In this document: positions 39,793 to 50,928 of the stretch, piece by piece
How positions within the stretch are numbered: the stretch's first letter is position 1
Layout of the letters: each line of letters opens with the position of its first letter
Assembly (NCBI GenBank): GCA_051294905.1
Contig: CM119371.1
Coordinates: 20,152,001-20,216,000 of the forward strand
DNA length: 64,000 bases
DNA from: Botryllus schlosseri
Lineage: Eukaryota
Reading direction: 5' to 3'
Made by a program: the position numbers and the translations under genes
Notes under the pieces: model-generated
The model's database searches: none
The model's input: only the letters and a program-made list of their open reading frames with translations
What the model was told of the DNA's origin: nothing

Positions 39793-41695
39793 CAGTGCTT
39801 TTCAACCTGTGTGACGGTTCGCACTTGTGCGAATGAAAAAAATCGAATTGCGAATGACGAAGGTAGTGCGAATGGTGCGAATGAAAATCCGGATCAAGTG
39901 CGAACGAAAATCGGGATTATTTGTTAATTTTTTGTCGTAGAATAATTCATATAAACCTATTAGGAAAATTGACTGTCTGTGTAACTTTTATAGTTGCGAC
40001 GCAATTGTAAAAACCTAATACGACGCAGCACTAATCGTAGCTCTTATAGGTTTAGCGAATTAATATATGCGCACTATAATTATTACGTAACCAGAAGCCT
40101 GGTTTGCAATCTGGTGTAGTGGCAGACATAAAGTATATCAGCCCGTCTGGGCCTGCGACAGGCTGAAAAAATGACGTCAAATTAACTCTCTGCTTTCATT
40201 CGCTAAACAATCGTCATATTTTCGTATTACCTGTTCGAATAGCGCGAGGCACGAGGATAGTAGTAAATACCATAATTACAGACTCACGTTTGCAAGTTAC
40301 TGTAACGTAAATTTTTACCCGTTCAAGGGTTATTAAAGTCTGGACCGCAAATGGTATAATTGTGGATCGACACCTTGCCAGAGCTATCTGTTGATATGTG
40401 TGTAATATTTGTTGAATTTATTGCAAAATACTGCTATAGTTTTCACATATACAATGTCACTGTGTTGTGTTGTGCGAGACACGCAGAAAATATGGCTTTA
40501 TCACTAGAATTTATGATACGAATTGTCCGACTGTTTTTTCTCGAAAACATGGTCGAAGACCGTTGGGATGAACTAGTGTAGGGGTGGGCAACGAGCGAGT
40601 TCAGGTCTATAAGGCTCATTCATTTCGAGGCTGACCCCTTCTGCGTCGGGCACATGAATACGTAAAGTTTTGGCCAACAAACCGCTGATAAAATGCGGTG
40701 CCAAAAACATAAGCGGCGACAAAACCTTAGTCTAAAGATGACCGATGCTAGATGGCCAAGCCTTTCGAGATGGCTTGGTATGCTCCGTTGTCGGCACGGA
40801 ATAGTCCCGTTCTAGCAATCTGAGTAGACGCAGTAGTACAACTGCGACACGCAGAGGACTTTAATTTGCCCTAATTTGAAATTGCGTGCGTCGGACGTGT
40901 TTTGAGAGCTATGTTGGGTAGAATTGTGGTGCGCGCGATCTGTATGTCATACATGCCCGTAAAATCATAGCATACAACCATAACATTAAAATGAATTCCT
41001 TTTCATGGGTTAGGCTAGGGTCGCGAGTTGCCACAAAACTCGGATTTTGGTGGTAGTCCAAAAGCTGCTTTACCGTTATTATACTGTTATGAATTCTCAA
41101 GTTAGATTGAGCTAAAGAGTCGAACACACAGTGGCACAGTATCATGAGTTTATTTTTTCTTCTCATATACTCGCGAGACAGAATTTGGAGCAACTTATGA
41201 CGTACAGAGCTCTAATGTGCCTACTCTCTTTCATCGATTTTCATCGTTTGTTCCAAGACATAAGGCCAAATCCTCAACACAAACATGTGGGTTTTTCATT
41301 CTTTCGACAAACTGGAGCCTCCGGGGCCTTTGTGTCCGCTCTCAAAAACGATTTCTGCCAACAAGCATTTTTCACTCGTGAAAAATACGCTGCATTTTGG
41401 ATATGAGTGTTGAATAGATTTCAAGGCCTGAGAGACGTTCTTGTACAAAACCCAACAACATTGTTTGGTCGAGAAGGGTTTTAGTGATTAGTTGAAAGCA
41501 AAACGAGCGATTGCCTTTTTAATGACACACCTGATAGCTTAAGCTACATAGTTGCCAATTTATTGCACATCTGTAAAAAATGTTGTTAAGTATCGTCATC
41601 TTCTTTTTGTATCACAATTTTCGATTGGTTTGTGCGAATGAAATTTATTCTACAAAAAAAATGCAAATGGAACTCAAAAAGGTTTAAAAGCACTG
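39793..41695 (+). mobile_element. Decayed hAT (Buster-like) element
   Basis: CAGTGCTTTTCAACC...GGTTTAAAAGCACTG; TSD TTCAAACG/TTCTAACG; eroded transposase-like remnant near 41450 (PTT..VEKGFS). Confidence 0.75.
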
Positions 41696-43535
41696 TTCTA
41701 ACGGAATGATGAGTTGGTGTCAGTAGTAAGGATAAGGAATTTTATTGCCCGCCAATCCCAGAAGGCCACGTCGCCTTAATTGCCACGCCTACATTGCCAC
41801 ATCATCCGCCCATTGCCGCACCTATAGGACGCCCCCTTGCCACATCATCCACCCATTGCCGCACCTAGAATTAGGCGACTGCAATGTTTTGTGAATTTCA
41901 ATACCGATTTTCCATCTGTATTTAGCAATATGTATTGAATACCTTTGCGATTTTGAGCGCTGCGACTTGATAATATCAATCCCTACGCTTCTGATGTATG
42001 ATTTTTTGTGATAAGGACCTTGGTAACATTCAGAGTGTGCAACGATTGTTTGGATATACATTATAGCAATTCCCTCACTAAACTATAGGCGGTTATATTA
42101 CTCTATTGGTTAGAGATAACTCATCCGTCCATATTTTTAAACTTGATTTTATGTATACAAGTTACGGTCTCTGCAGGCTCCACATTTTACGACTTATTTT
42201 CATTAGACGCAGGCGAGCGATTCTCAAGTTCGGAGCTACGGAAACAAATCACTCGCATGTGCACGTTTCGAAGTCGTAACAGCTTAGTAGCATATACGCG
42301 AATCCCAAGGCGAAAATAATCGAACTAACAATAGCCGCAGGCGTGCGATTCGCAGGGCTTTATTTATACAAACACTTTCGATACCTGTACGCGAACCCCA
42401 GCGTCATAACGATAAGGTCTAATTAGCGCGTTCTGAAACCGTAAATTTAGTCAACATCACTGAGATAGCCCTGATTTAAAGATGATGATCGAGTGAGACG
42501 ATAGCACTCACCAAGGTTATACTATCTTAACCTTAAACTACTCTCTACTTCACAAAATATAAAGTTATAAAAGTAAATAATCCAGTGATCTATTTTCAAT
42601 CACTATATTTTTCATTAATCAAAACTAAGAACTGTTAGTAGGCAAACCCTAGGACCGATGCAAGACGGCGTGAAACAGCGCTTTCGCTCGATTCTTGTAG
42701 TGACCACATTTCATACGATTCAGTCCTTTTCATGTCACTAGAATAAGGGTGATTAAACCGACAGTGAAACGCCGCCAGCGTCTTATAACGTAATAATGTA
42801 AGCTGCGTCGGGTGCTGCTATAATGTTAGGAGCGAATATAGTAGAAAGTCCACGTCTGGACACCTGTATGCAGATGCGCATACTACCGTAGTAAAACGCA
42901 TAACAGAATGCACGCAAAATTCGATATTACTTTGTGATGATTTTGATGTTGTTCCATACCGATTGGGAAGATAGGACTCCTAATTTCCTAACTAACTACA
43001 TAATCCCTAGTAACATAGTCGGACGCATAACGGAATTTACGCAAAATCGGTATTGCTCTGCGATAATTTTGACCACTACGATTCGAAATATTGTTAACTA
43101 ACCTATGTTTTCGACATAAGATAAGCGTGTAGTGTACAAATTTCGATGTTGCGCAAATACCACAGACATAAGATAAGCGTGTAGTGTACAAATTTCGATG
43201 TTGCGCAAATACCACGATTTTACATCGCATTATTCGAATCGACTACGTACATTGTATAGGTGTGAGGTGAAATAAAACGGATTTACGCAAAAGTTCGACA
43301 CTAAAACGCCGACGGTGTCTTATAAAGTAATAATGTAAGCTGCGATGGATGCTGCTATATAATGCTAGTAGCGAATATAGTAGAAAGTCCGCGTCTGGAT
43401 GAATGTAAGCAGGTGCGCTTAGTAACGTAGTAAATCGCATAACAGAATTTACATAAATTGCTACTTCTACCAACCCTACTCCCGCGGTCGGCCTCGAGTC
43501 CAAATTTTAGCGCTCTTACGAAAAAGATCATAAAA

Positions 43536-43615
43536 TCCGAACTGTGGGACTTGAATCAACACCTAATATATCGTTGCAAGCAGGAAACAGCTGCCTAACC
43601 CACTGAGCCACTTGG
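43536..43615 (-). mobile_element. tRNA-derived SINE-like head inside the piggyBac remnant
   Basis: Minus strand has an A-box-like TGGCTCAGTGG and a B-box-like GATTCAAGTCC. Confidence 0.5.
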
Positions 43616-44212
43616 ATTGATCAGTTGAGAGAGCTGATACCGCTATTGGAAGAAGTGTTTCAGGTTTTGAAAAATTAGAAGAGAATTTTGTTACTGAATT
43701 TCCCACTACGTCATACACAGACGCTCTCGGGGTGAAATCATCGCCTGACTGATTTCACAGCAATATCACCTTTCTAAAATGTCCTGAGTGAGCTTCATAC
43801 CGTAACACAGTCGAGTGTGAAGGCCGTTTATGTAACACGTGCTCAACGTCGCGCATCTTGCAAACTAGGCTCACACACGCGGCGCGCGTTGTTTTGATAG
43901 TCTGGCCGTCACAATATCATTGTATGTAATCGGTAATCGCCTATCAATCAGTTGTACGGTTTATTGCTATGCGTTGAAATAAACCTTGCTCTTTGAACAA
44001 CAACAGATGAATCCATGGTGGTTGAATTGACAGGTAGTGATAACCTGCAACACCTACCTACATGCTTCCTCAGACACAGCTATGCCGTCAATATGGTTTA
44101 TTGTGTATCGCATGCGCATCGCAGCATATATATTCAAGTAAAACGATATATTTACGCTTGGCACAATACAATACATTTCAATCACAAGTGGAATATTGAC
44201 AAACTACACTGC

Positions 44213-44566
44213 TCAAGGATAGAATGAAGGCTTCGTATGGAAGGATGTGAAACATTGACGTCTTATATTGTTACAGAGATAGACCCCGCATACACTGCAA
44301 TAAAATTTTGTCAATTTTGTTGCCAGAGTGACACCAACTTTTTTCGCCTCTTGTAGACGAACATAGCAATAGTGACACCTTCTTCTCATAGCTGCTGTGC
44401 ATATCGGCATGTGCGGTAAAGACATATCGAGCCTCATTTCATTAGGACCTATCTGTGGTGGCAGGCTCCTTCTGGGTCTGATTGCTTGTGATTGGTGCGA
44501 TGTAACCAGGGCAACTATGTGTATTCGACTTGATTGATACCAGCTGCACGCGTAATTAGGCTGCAA
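44213..44566 (-). pseudogene. piggyBac transposase C-terminal cysteine-rich domain remnant
   Basis: HMP...RRRCHYC...TKFYCSVCGVYLC...CFTSFH matches the piggyBac/PGBD CRD pattern. The catalytic DDD domain is absent. Confidence 0.8.
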
Positions 44567-46488
44567 CAGGCCGATCGCAGGCTAGTTGGGTGTAATCAAC
44601 AACTATTCGTGGAAAACCGCGATGTCTACAACGGCGATACAAGATTTATGCCACGGGCGTTCATTCTCGTGAACGGCACAGATTTTTCTGAACTTCACAA
44701 GCATTTTAATCGAACAATGCGATAGTGAAATATGTTATCTATAGCTCATTGTATGCGCATTGACAATACCTATTCATAAATTGCAATTGTGACCCTTTAT
44801 GGCCACTAAAACGCAAGATATCTTCATATGATTGATGCGTGTTTGTAAAAAACTGACCATGGATCCTATAGGATCCACCCGCGGCCAAAGGGTAATGGAT
44901 TTATCTGAGATCATTGCTTTACTTAATCTCTCCAAAATGTGCATTATACAAGTACGTCACCATCGAAACCATCTACCTATAACTAGCTGGCAGTATAATT
45001 GTAGCAAATAGGCTACTCGAGTACTAATTTTAAAGTAACTTAAATATCTAAATGAGCTCTGAGTCGTTGTTATCTCGCATCTTGTACTTGTATTCGCGCT
45101 TTACCTTTACACGTCGTTTTTGTATAATGGATACTAATTTTATTAAAAATACACAAAAAGCACGAAAAATACATTTCATCCCGGAACGGAGCAAGAAAAT
45201 GCGTATGAATTTTGTAAAGTAGATATTATATTCTATTATGTGTATTTAGGGCTAATGCAACATCACTATATTAGCGACAGGCCTGATTTGAACACACTAA
45301 CTTTGCAAATTAAACTTATCACCCACCACGAACACTCAATGAAGAGCACCCTGGAGCACCCTCATAAATGCTCCACAATTCGTGACGTATAATATACTGA
45401 GCATATAATAAGCTGACAAAACTGACACTTGAGTACTCCGAAATGTACAAGTACTTTACCTTTACACGACGTTTTTTTGTAAAATGAATACTAATGGTAC
45501 GCGAATGATCATAGACTAAGCTTGCTTTCAGAGTTGGAAACTAAATGCATACGAAAATTTAACTATGTTTTCCCCTCACGCATCAAATGTAGGCATACTC
45601 AAGTGTTTATGAGGCGGCGAATAGTTCGAAGGCTGTTGGTATGCAAGGACGTCACATAGTATTGTGGAGTTTTCTGTAAACTATAATTCAGTGATCTATT
45701 TTCAATCACTATACTTTTATTAATCGAAACTAAGTACTGTTAGTAGGCAAACCCTAGAAAAGTATCCTCTGATAAAAGCAGGAGTAATTCGTTATCTGTG
45801 AAATATATAGATGGCGCGCAATATGAGCGGTGTTACGAATATAACAGAATTACCATGCTAATATGTGACTCCTCACCTTGAAACTAGGTACGTAGTTGTA
45901 GGACATTGTGATTATGTAGAATACCAAATTTCCTCGTACATTTCATGATGGAACTTTAAAACTAACGCGGCTCTACAACGACTCTTTGCGTACATCTGTT
46001 TTGCGGGAGCGTATATAGCACGTACCCATACATACCCAACTTTAATAACGGAATTACCATGCTTAACATTGAATCCAAACTCTAAACTTGATATGAACAC
46101 ACTAATTTCGCAAATTAAACTTATCACCCACCACGAACACTCAATGAAGAGCACCCTGGAGCACCCTCGTAAATGCTCCACAATTCGTGACGTATAATAT
46201 ACTGAGCATATAATAAGCTGACAAAACTGATACTTGAGTACTCCGAAATGTACAAGTACTTTACCTTTACACGACGTTTTTTGTAAAATGAATACTAATG
46301 GTACGCGAATGATCATAGACTAAGCTTGCTTTCAGAGTTGGAAACTAAATGCATACGAAAATTTAACTATGTTTTCCCCTCACGCATCAAATTAGTTGTA
46401 TCGAGTTATCGAATGATTTTTTTTCTTCACATCAAAATAACTAGAGTGTGTAACTACATTAAAAACGTATCTAAATGAGCTCCAGGTC

Positions 46489-47637
46489 ATTGTGATTATG
46501 CGGCATACCAAATTTCATCACACATTTCATGATGGATCAACTTTAAAACTAACGCAGTTCTATAGCAACTTTTGCCTAAATCTGTTTTCGGTAGCATGTA
46601 CATATCCATATTCAGCTTTAATAACAGAATTACCATGCTAATATGTGACTCCTCACCTTGAAACTTGGTACGTAGTTGTAGGACATTGTGATTATGCAGA
46701 ATACCAAATTTCTTCACGCATTTCATAATGGAACAACTTTAAAACTAACGCGGCTCTACATCGACTTTTTGCGTTCATCTGTTTTGCGGGAGCGTATAGC
46801 ACGTACCTATACATAGTCAACTTTAATAACGGAATTACCATGCTTAACATTGAATCCCAACTCTAAACTTGATTCGTAGTTGTAGGACATTGTGGCAATG
46901 CACCATGCTAAATTTCATCGCACATCTAATGATGGATCACCTTTAAAACTAACGCAGTCGAATACCGACTTTTAAGCATATCTGTTTTGCGTGCACATAG
47001 CATATACCTATGCATAGTCAATTTTAATAGCAGAATTACCGTGTTAAACATTGAATTCCCACCTTGAAAGTTGGTACGCGATTATAGGACACTATAACAA
47101 TGCACCATACCAAATCCCATCACACATTTCATGATGGAACAACTTTAAAACTAACGCGGCTCTACATCGACTTTTTGCGTATATCTGTTTTGCGGGGGCG
47201 TATAGCACGTACTCATACATAGCTAACTTTAATAACGGAATTACCATGCCTAACATTGAATCCCAACTCTAAACTTGATACGTAGTTGTAGGACATTATG
47301 GCAATGAACCATGCTAAACTTCATCACACATCTAATGATGGAACACGTTTGAAACTATCGCAGTCGAATACCGACTTTTACACATATCTGTTTTTCGTGA
47401 ACATAGCATATACCCATACATAGTCAATTTTAATAACAGAATTAGCATGCTAAACCTTAAATTCTCACCTTGAACGTTGGTACCCAGTTGTAGGACATAA
47501 TAACAATGCACCATACCAAATTTCGTCAGGCATTTCATGATGTAACACTTTCAAAACCAACGCAGTTCTATACAGGCTTTTGGCTAAATCTGTTTTTCCG
47601 TAGCGTAGCACGTACCTAGACATAGTCAACTTTAATA
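46489..47637. repeat. ~200-bp tandem repeat array (~5.5 units, 406-bp dimeric higher order); mirror copy at ~54177-55325
   Basis: Unit starts at ~46489, 46685, 46889, 47091, 47295, 47497. Alternate units share diagnostic motifs (CGCGGCTCTACATCGAC vs CGCAGTCGAATACCGAC). A further partial unit lies at ~45841-46093. Confidence 0.9.
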
Positions 47638-50600
47638 TCAATACATGTTTATCGTAAGTCCTACGCAGTCATGATATCCGGCCGAGTTTGACTTTTAGAA
47701 AACATTATACCGACATCGCGACATCTTACAAAATTGAAACCGCGGTGACTGCTTGAGAGACCTACCAGTGATATCGCGGTAATCTAGTTACTTCCACAAA
47801 ATAGTATGTATTCAACTTACTTTCCACAAATCTAACGCGCAAAACAATTTACTTTGCTAACGAAAAGTGCTGAGTCATCATATCATTATCCATGCAACAA
47901 TACACCTAAAACATACTATCGTACAAAATGGTCGCTAACCTCTTTGTGCACCAGCTGTAAATCTCACAAGCAACAAGTTTCAAGATTCCAGTTATTGAAA
48001 AAATGTTAAAGTGTTTCTCCTGCGCCAAGTCGTCATGTTGACGAAAGCGTATATTGTAATATCATGATCGATTTGCATTCGTTGGTCACAAACTGTCACT
48101 ACTCTAAATAATTATTTTTCATTCAAACACAACAGCATACTTGTCGCCATTCGTTTTCATTAAGCACGAGTTCAATAAACTTACTTACTACGACATGAAT
48201 TGGTATTTTTATGTTGTGTAAATAGGTAATAATTAATTTTAGTAACACTATACCAACATCATCGAGTTGTGCGAATAGATTTACATGTGGTGTTATGGTT
48301 TTAATCGAAGTACACTGCACGATCTAATGTAGAGTCATCTCTATTGTATAGCAACTCGGTAATCGAAATGCATGCATTAACATTTAAACAGCGATCGTGT
48401 TTCGTCACGCGAAAAATATGTTCACTACTGCGATACTCTGCACAGGGCATGCAAATCCTTTTCACACTCGTAATAGTATACCAACGGCTACCGGCGACAA
48501 CGTTTAACAATACCAACGACACTAAACATACGATACCTACCCAATCTGCAAATTGTTTCGATTTATTCTGTCCGTTTCAATTTAAGATAAGGAAGCCCAT
48601 TTCACTCAATGTATCGATGCCTACGGTACTCTACAAAATTTTCTGATTAATTCTCCCTATGCTTATTTATCACAAGAAAGATGATTTGACACCTAAAGTA
48701 CGAAATACTTTTTCCCTTGAGCTAAGCCGCAGCGCCTGGAGTGGAATTTTACGGGGTATGTGGACTCATTTCGTAGGGCTCTATACCATAGGAGCATACT
48801 TTACGCTCCAATTCGATTCCCACACATTCCATATAATTACTAACAGAACCATTGAGTACCAGCCTTGACATTTTCCGTAGTACTAGATGGCATGTATACA
48901 ATTTCACGACATCCGACATTACGACGAAGACTATCAAAATATCGAAAGAAGCCCTCTATTCTTTTCTGAAATAATCAAGGTTTTATCAGGACTTCCCTTC
49001 ATATAAACTCCAGCAGAATCACTAATAACCTCTCAAGTGTACTCAATTTACTCTAATTTGATACTCATGTACCAAATCCCTATTTTCCGCAAGTATGATA
49101 GAGGCTATCGCTCGATACTCAACGATTCGTAATTTTGCTGGAATTCAAGTACAATTAGTTTAAAGTAGTCCGAGGTTACGTTTGTATCACCTTGACAAGT
49201 GCTATTATCAAAAAATGCTTTTGCTAAACTCTTACACTTTCACTAAACTTCTACACTGAATCTTGTAAAGTAGATAGAAAAGGAAAACTATTAACATAAG
49301 GTAAGTGAGAAGCACGCAAATTTCGATTGCATACAAATGCCAAAAACTGCGCTAACTTCCAGAGTTGTTAAGTATAGAAGTACTCGTACGTCTTGAGAAT
49401 ACCCAAGTAGTTTTTTTGCCTACGTGTACCAAATACTCTCAAGTCCTTATGATATTGGAGTACATCAACTTCATGATAGCTACAGTATTAAACAGAAATA
49501 GACCTAGAGTACTAACGTTTTTGTGCAGTGAGAGTTCGCAAATTATCGAAGTATTTTAGTTATTTTTATTGCGATAAGTCATTCTGCAGCGCAAAAATGC
49601 GTCGTAGGATATAGATGAAACTAGCACCACTCATCAAGACCGCTGATAACAGTACATTTCAACATTTAGTTGCAGTAAATTTCGAGTAAAGTACAAGAAG
49701 TGATGATTTCCGAGTGAGTTAAAAAGTAAGTATTGCAGGTATAGTTTACCTGAAAACCGAATACTCTGAAATAGAAGTAGATGCAGTGTAAATAGTTAAT
49801 CACTTGATTAAGTATAGCGCAAGCAGATAAAACCTATACTTGAGTACTACAAAATACACGAGTACTTCGCTATCGACTCCCTCCACGTAATAAAAAACTA
49901 CGGTTTAAGACTGCTTTTACCGATACTCGTCAGTTTCCGTTTTAGATAGAATTCGGAAACCAAATAATTTCATAAACATAAGCTAATTAAATGAATTTAC
50001 TCGAATGTACTATGCCGCGCTGATAAGATTAATTATAATATACTTATCATGTTAGAGCGATTTTTCTAGCGTATAAAATCTTTAAAATGTAGTAAGCAGG
50101 CCAATATGAAGATATTCGTTGAGCTGAATAAACATAAAAAATACTCTAGACTACTTTATCGGTACTTTACAGTTTCAGTTTTAGATAAAATTTGTCCCTT
50201 TCACTCCTCGCTATCTAAACATGTTTAGAATATATTATTTGCGATGATACGAACCCGTAAAGTACTCAAGTAGCTTTTCGTTGGATATAGATGAAACTGA
50301 CACCACTCACCAAGACCACTGGCCCACTGACAAAAAGTACATTTCAACATTTTAGTAACAGTAAAGTCCTACTAAAGTATAAGAAGTCATGATTTCCGAG
50401 TGAGTTAAAAAGTAAGTATTGAAGGTATAGTTTGCTCGAAAACCGAAAAACTCTGAAATAGAAGTAGATGCAGTGTAAATAGTCAATCACTTCATTTAGT
50501 ATAGCGCAAGCATGCCAAACCTATACTTGAGTACTCCAAAATATACAAGTACTCCCTCCACGTAAAAAGCGACTGGGGTTTAGACTACTTTATCGGTACT

Positions 50601-50928
50601 TGACAGTTTCAGTTTTAGTTAAAATTTGGTGAGACTTTAAATTTTAAAGTAGTTTGAGCTTACGTGTGTATCACCTTGACAAGTATCATTATCAGACATG
50701 AAAATGATACTATCACCTAATACAGAAGTTAACACACGTCAATGTGCTTCGGAATTCACGAGAAATTGCTTACTAAGAGAAGTATATTCTTGTATACACA
50801 ATAGTGGAGAGAATCTTTAAAATGTAGTAAGCAGGCCGATGGGTATTCATTGAGTTGTATAAGCATAAAAAACATTCCCGCGCGCTCCTAAACCTAACAC
50901 TTCCTACCCTACCACCTAATACTAAGAC

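Larger units (their letters stand above)
43474..44892 (-). mobile_element. Internally deleted piggyBac element in the left arm only
   Basis: CCCT...AGGG ends with imperfect TIRs (both contain CCGCGG). Flanks are AA and TAA (degenerate TTAA), and the mirror site in the right arm reads TTAAATTAA. Encodes a piggyBac C-terminal Cys-rich domain. Confidence 0.8.
41722..50885 (+). repeat. Left arm of giant inverted repeat (9,164 bp including a 1.4-kb piggyBac insert)
   Basis: Mirror coordinates sum to 100399 outside the insert and 101814 inside it. About a dozen substitutions versus the right arm were seen by eye. Confidence 0.97.

Noticed and set aside
46489..47637. CRISPR-like array
   Set aside because: Whole ~200-bp units are homologous with no unique spacers, the context is eukaryotic, and there are no cas genes.
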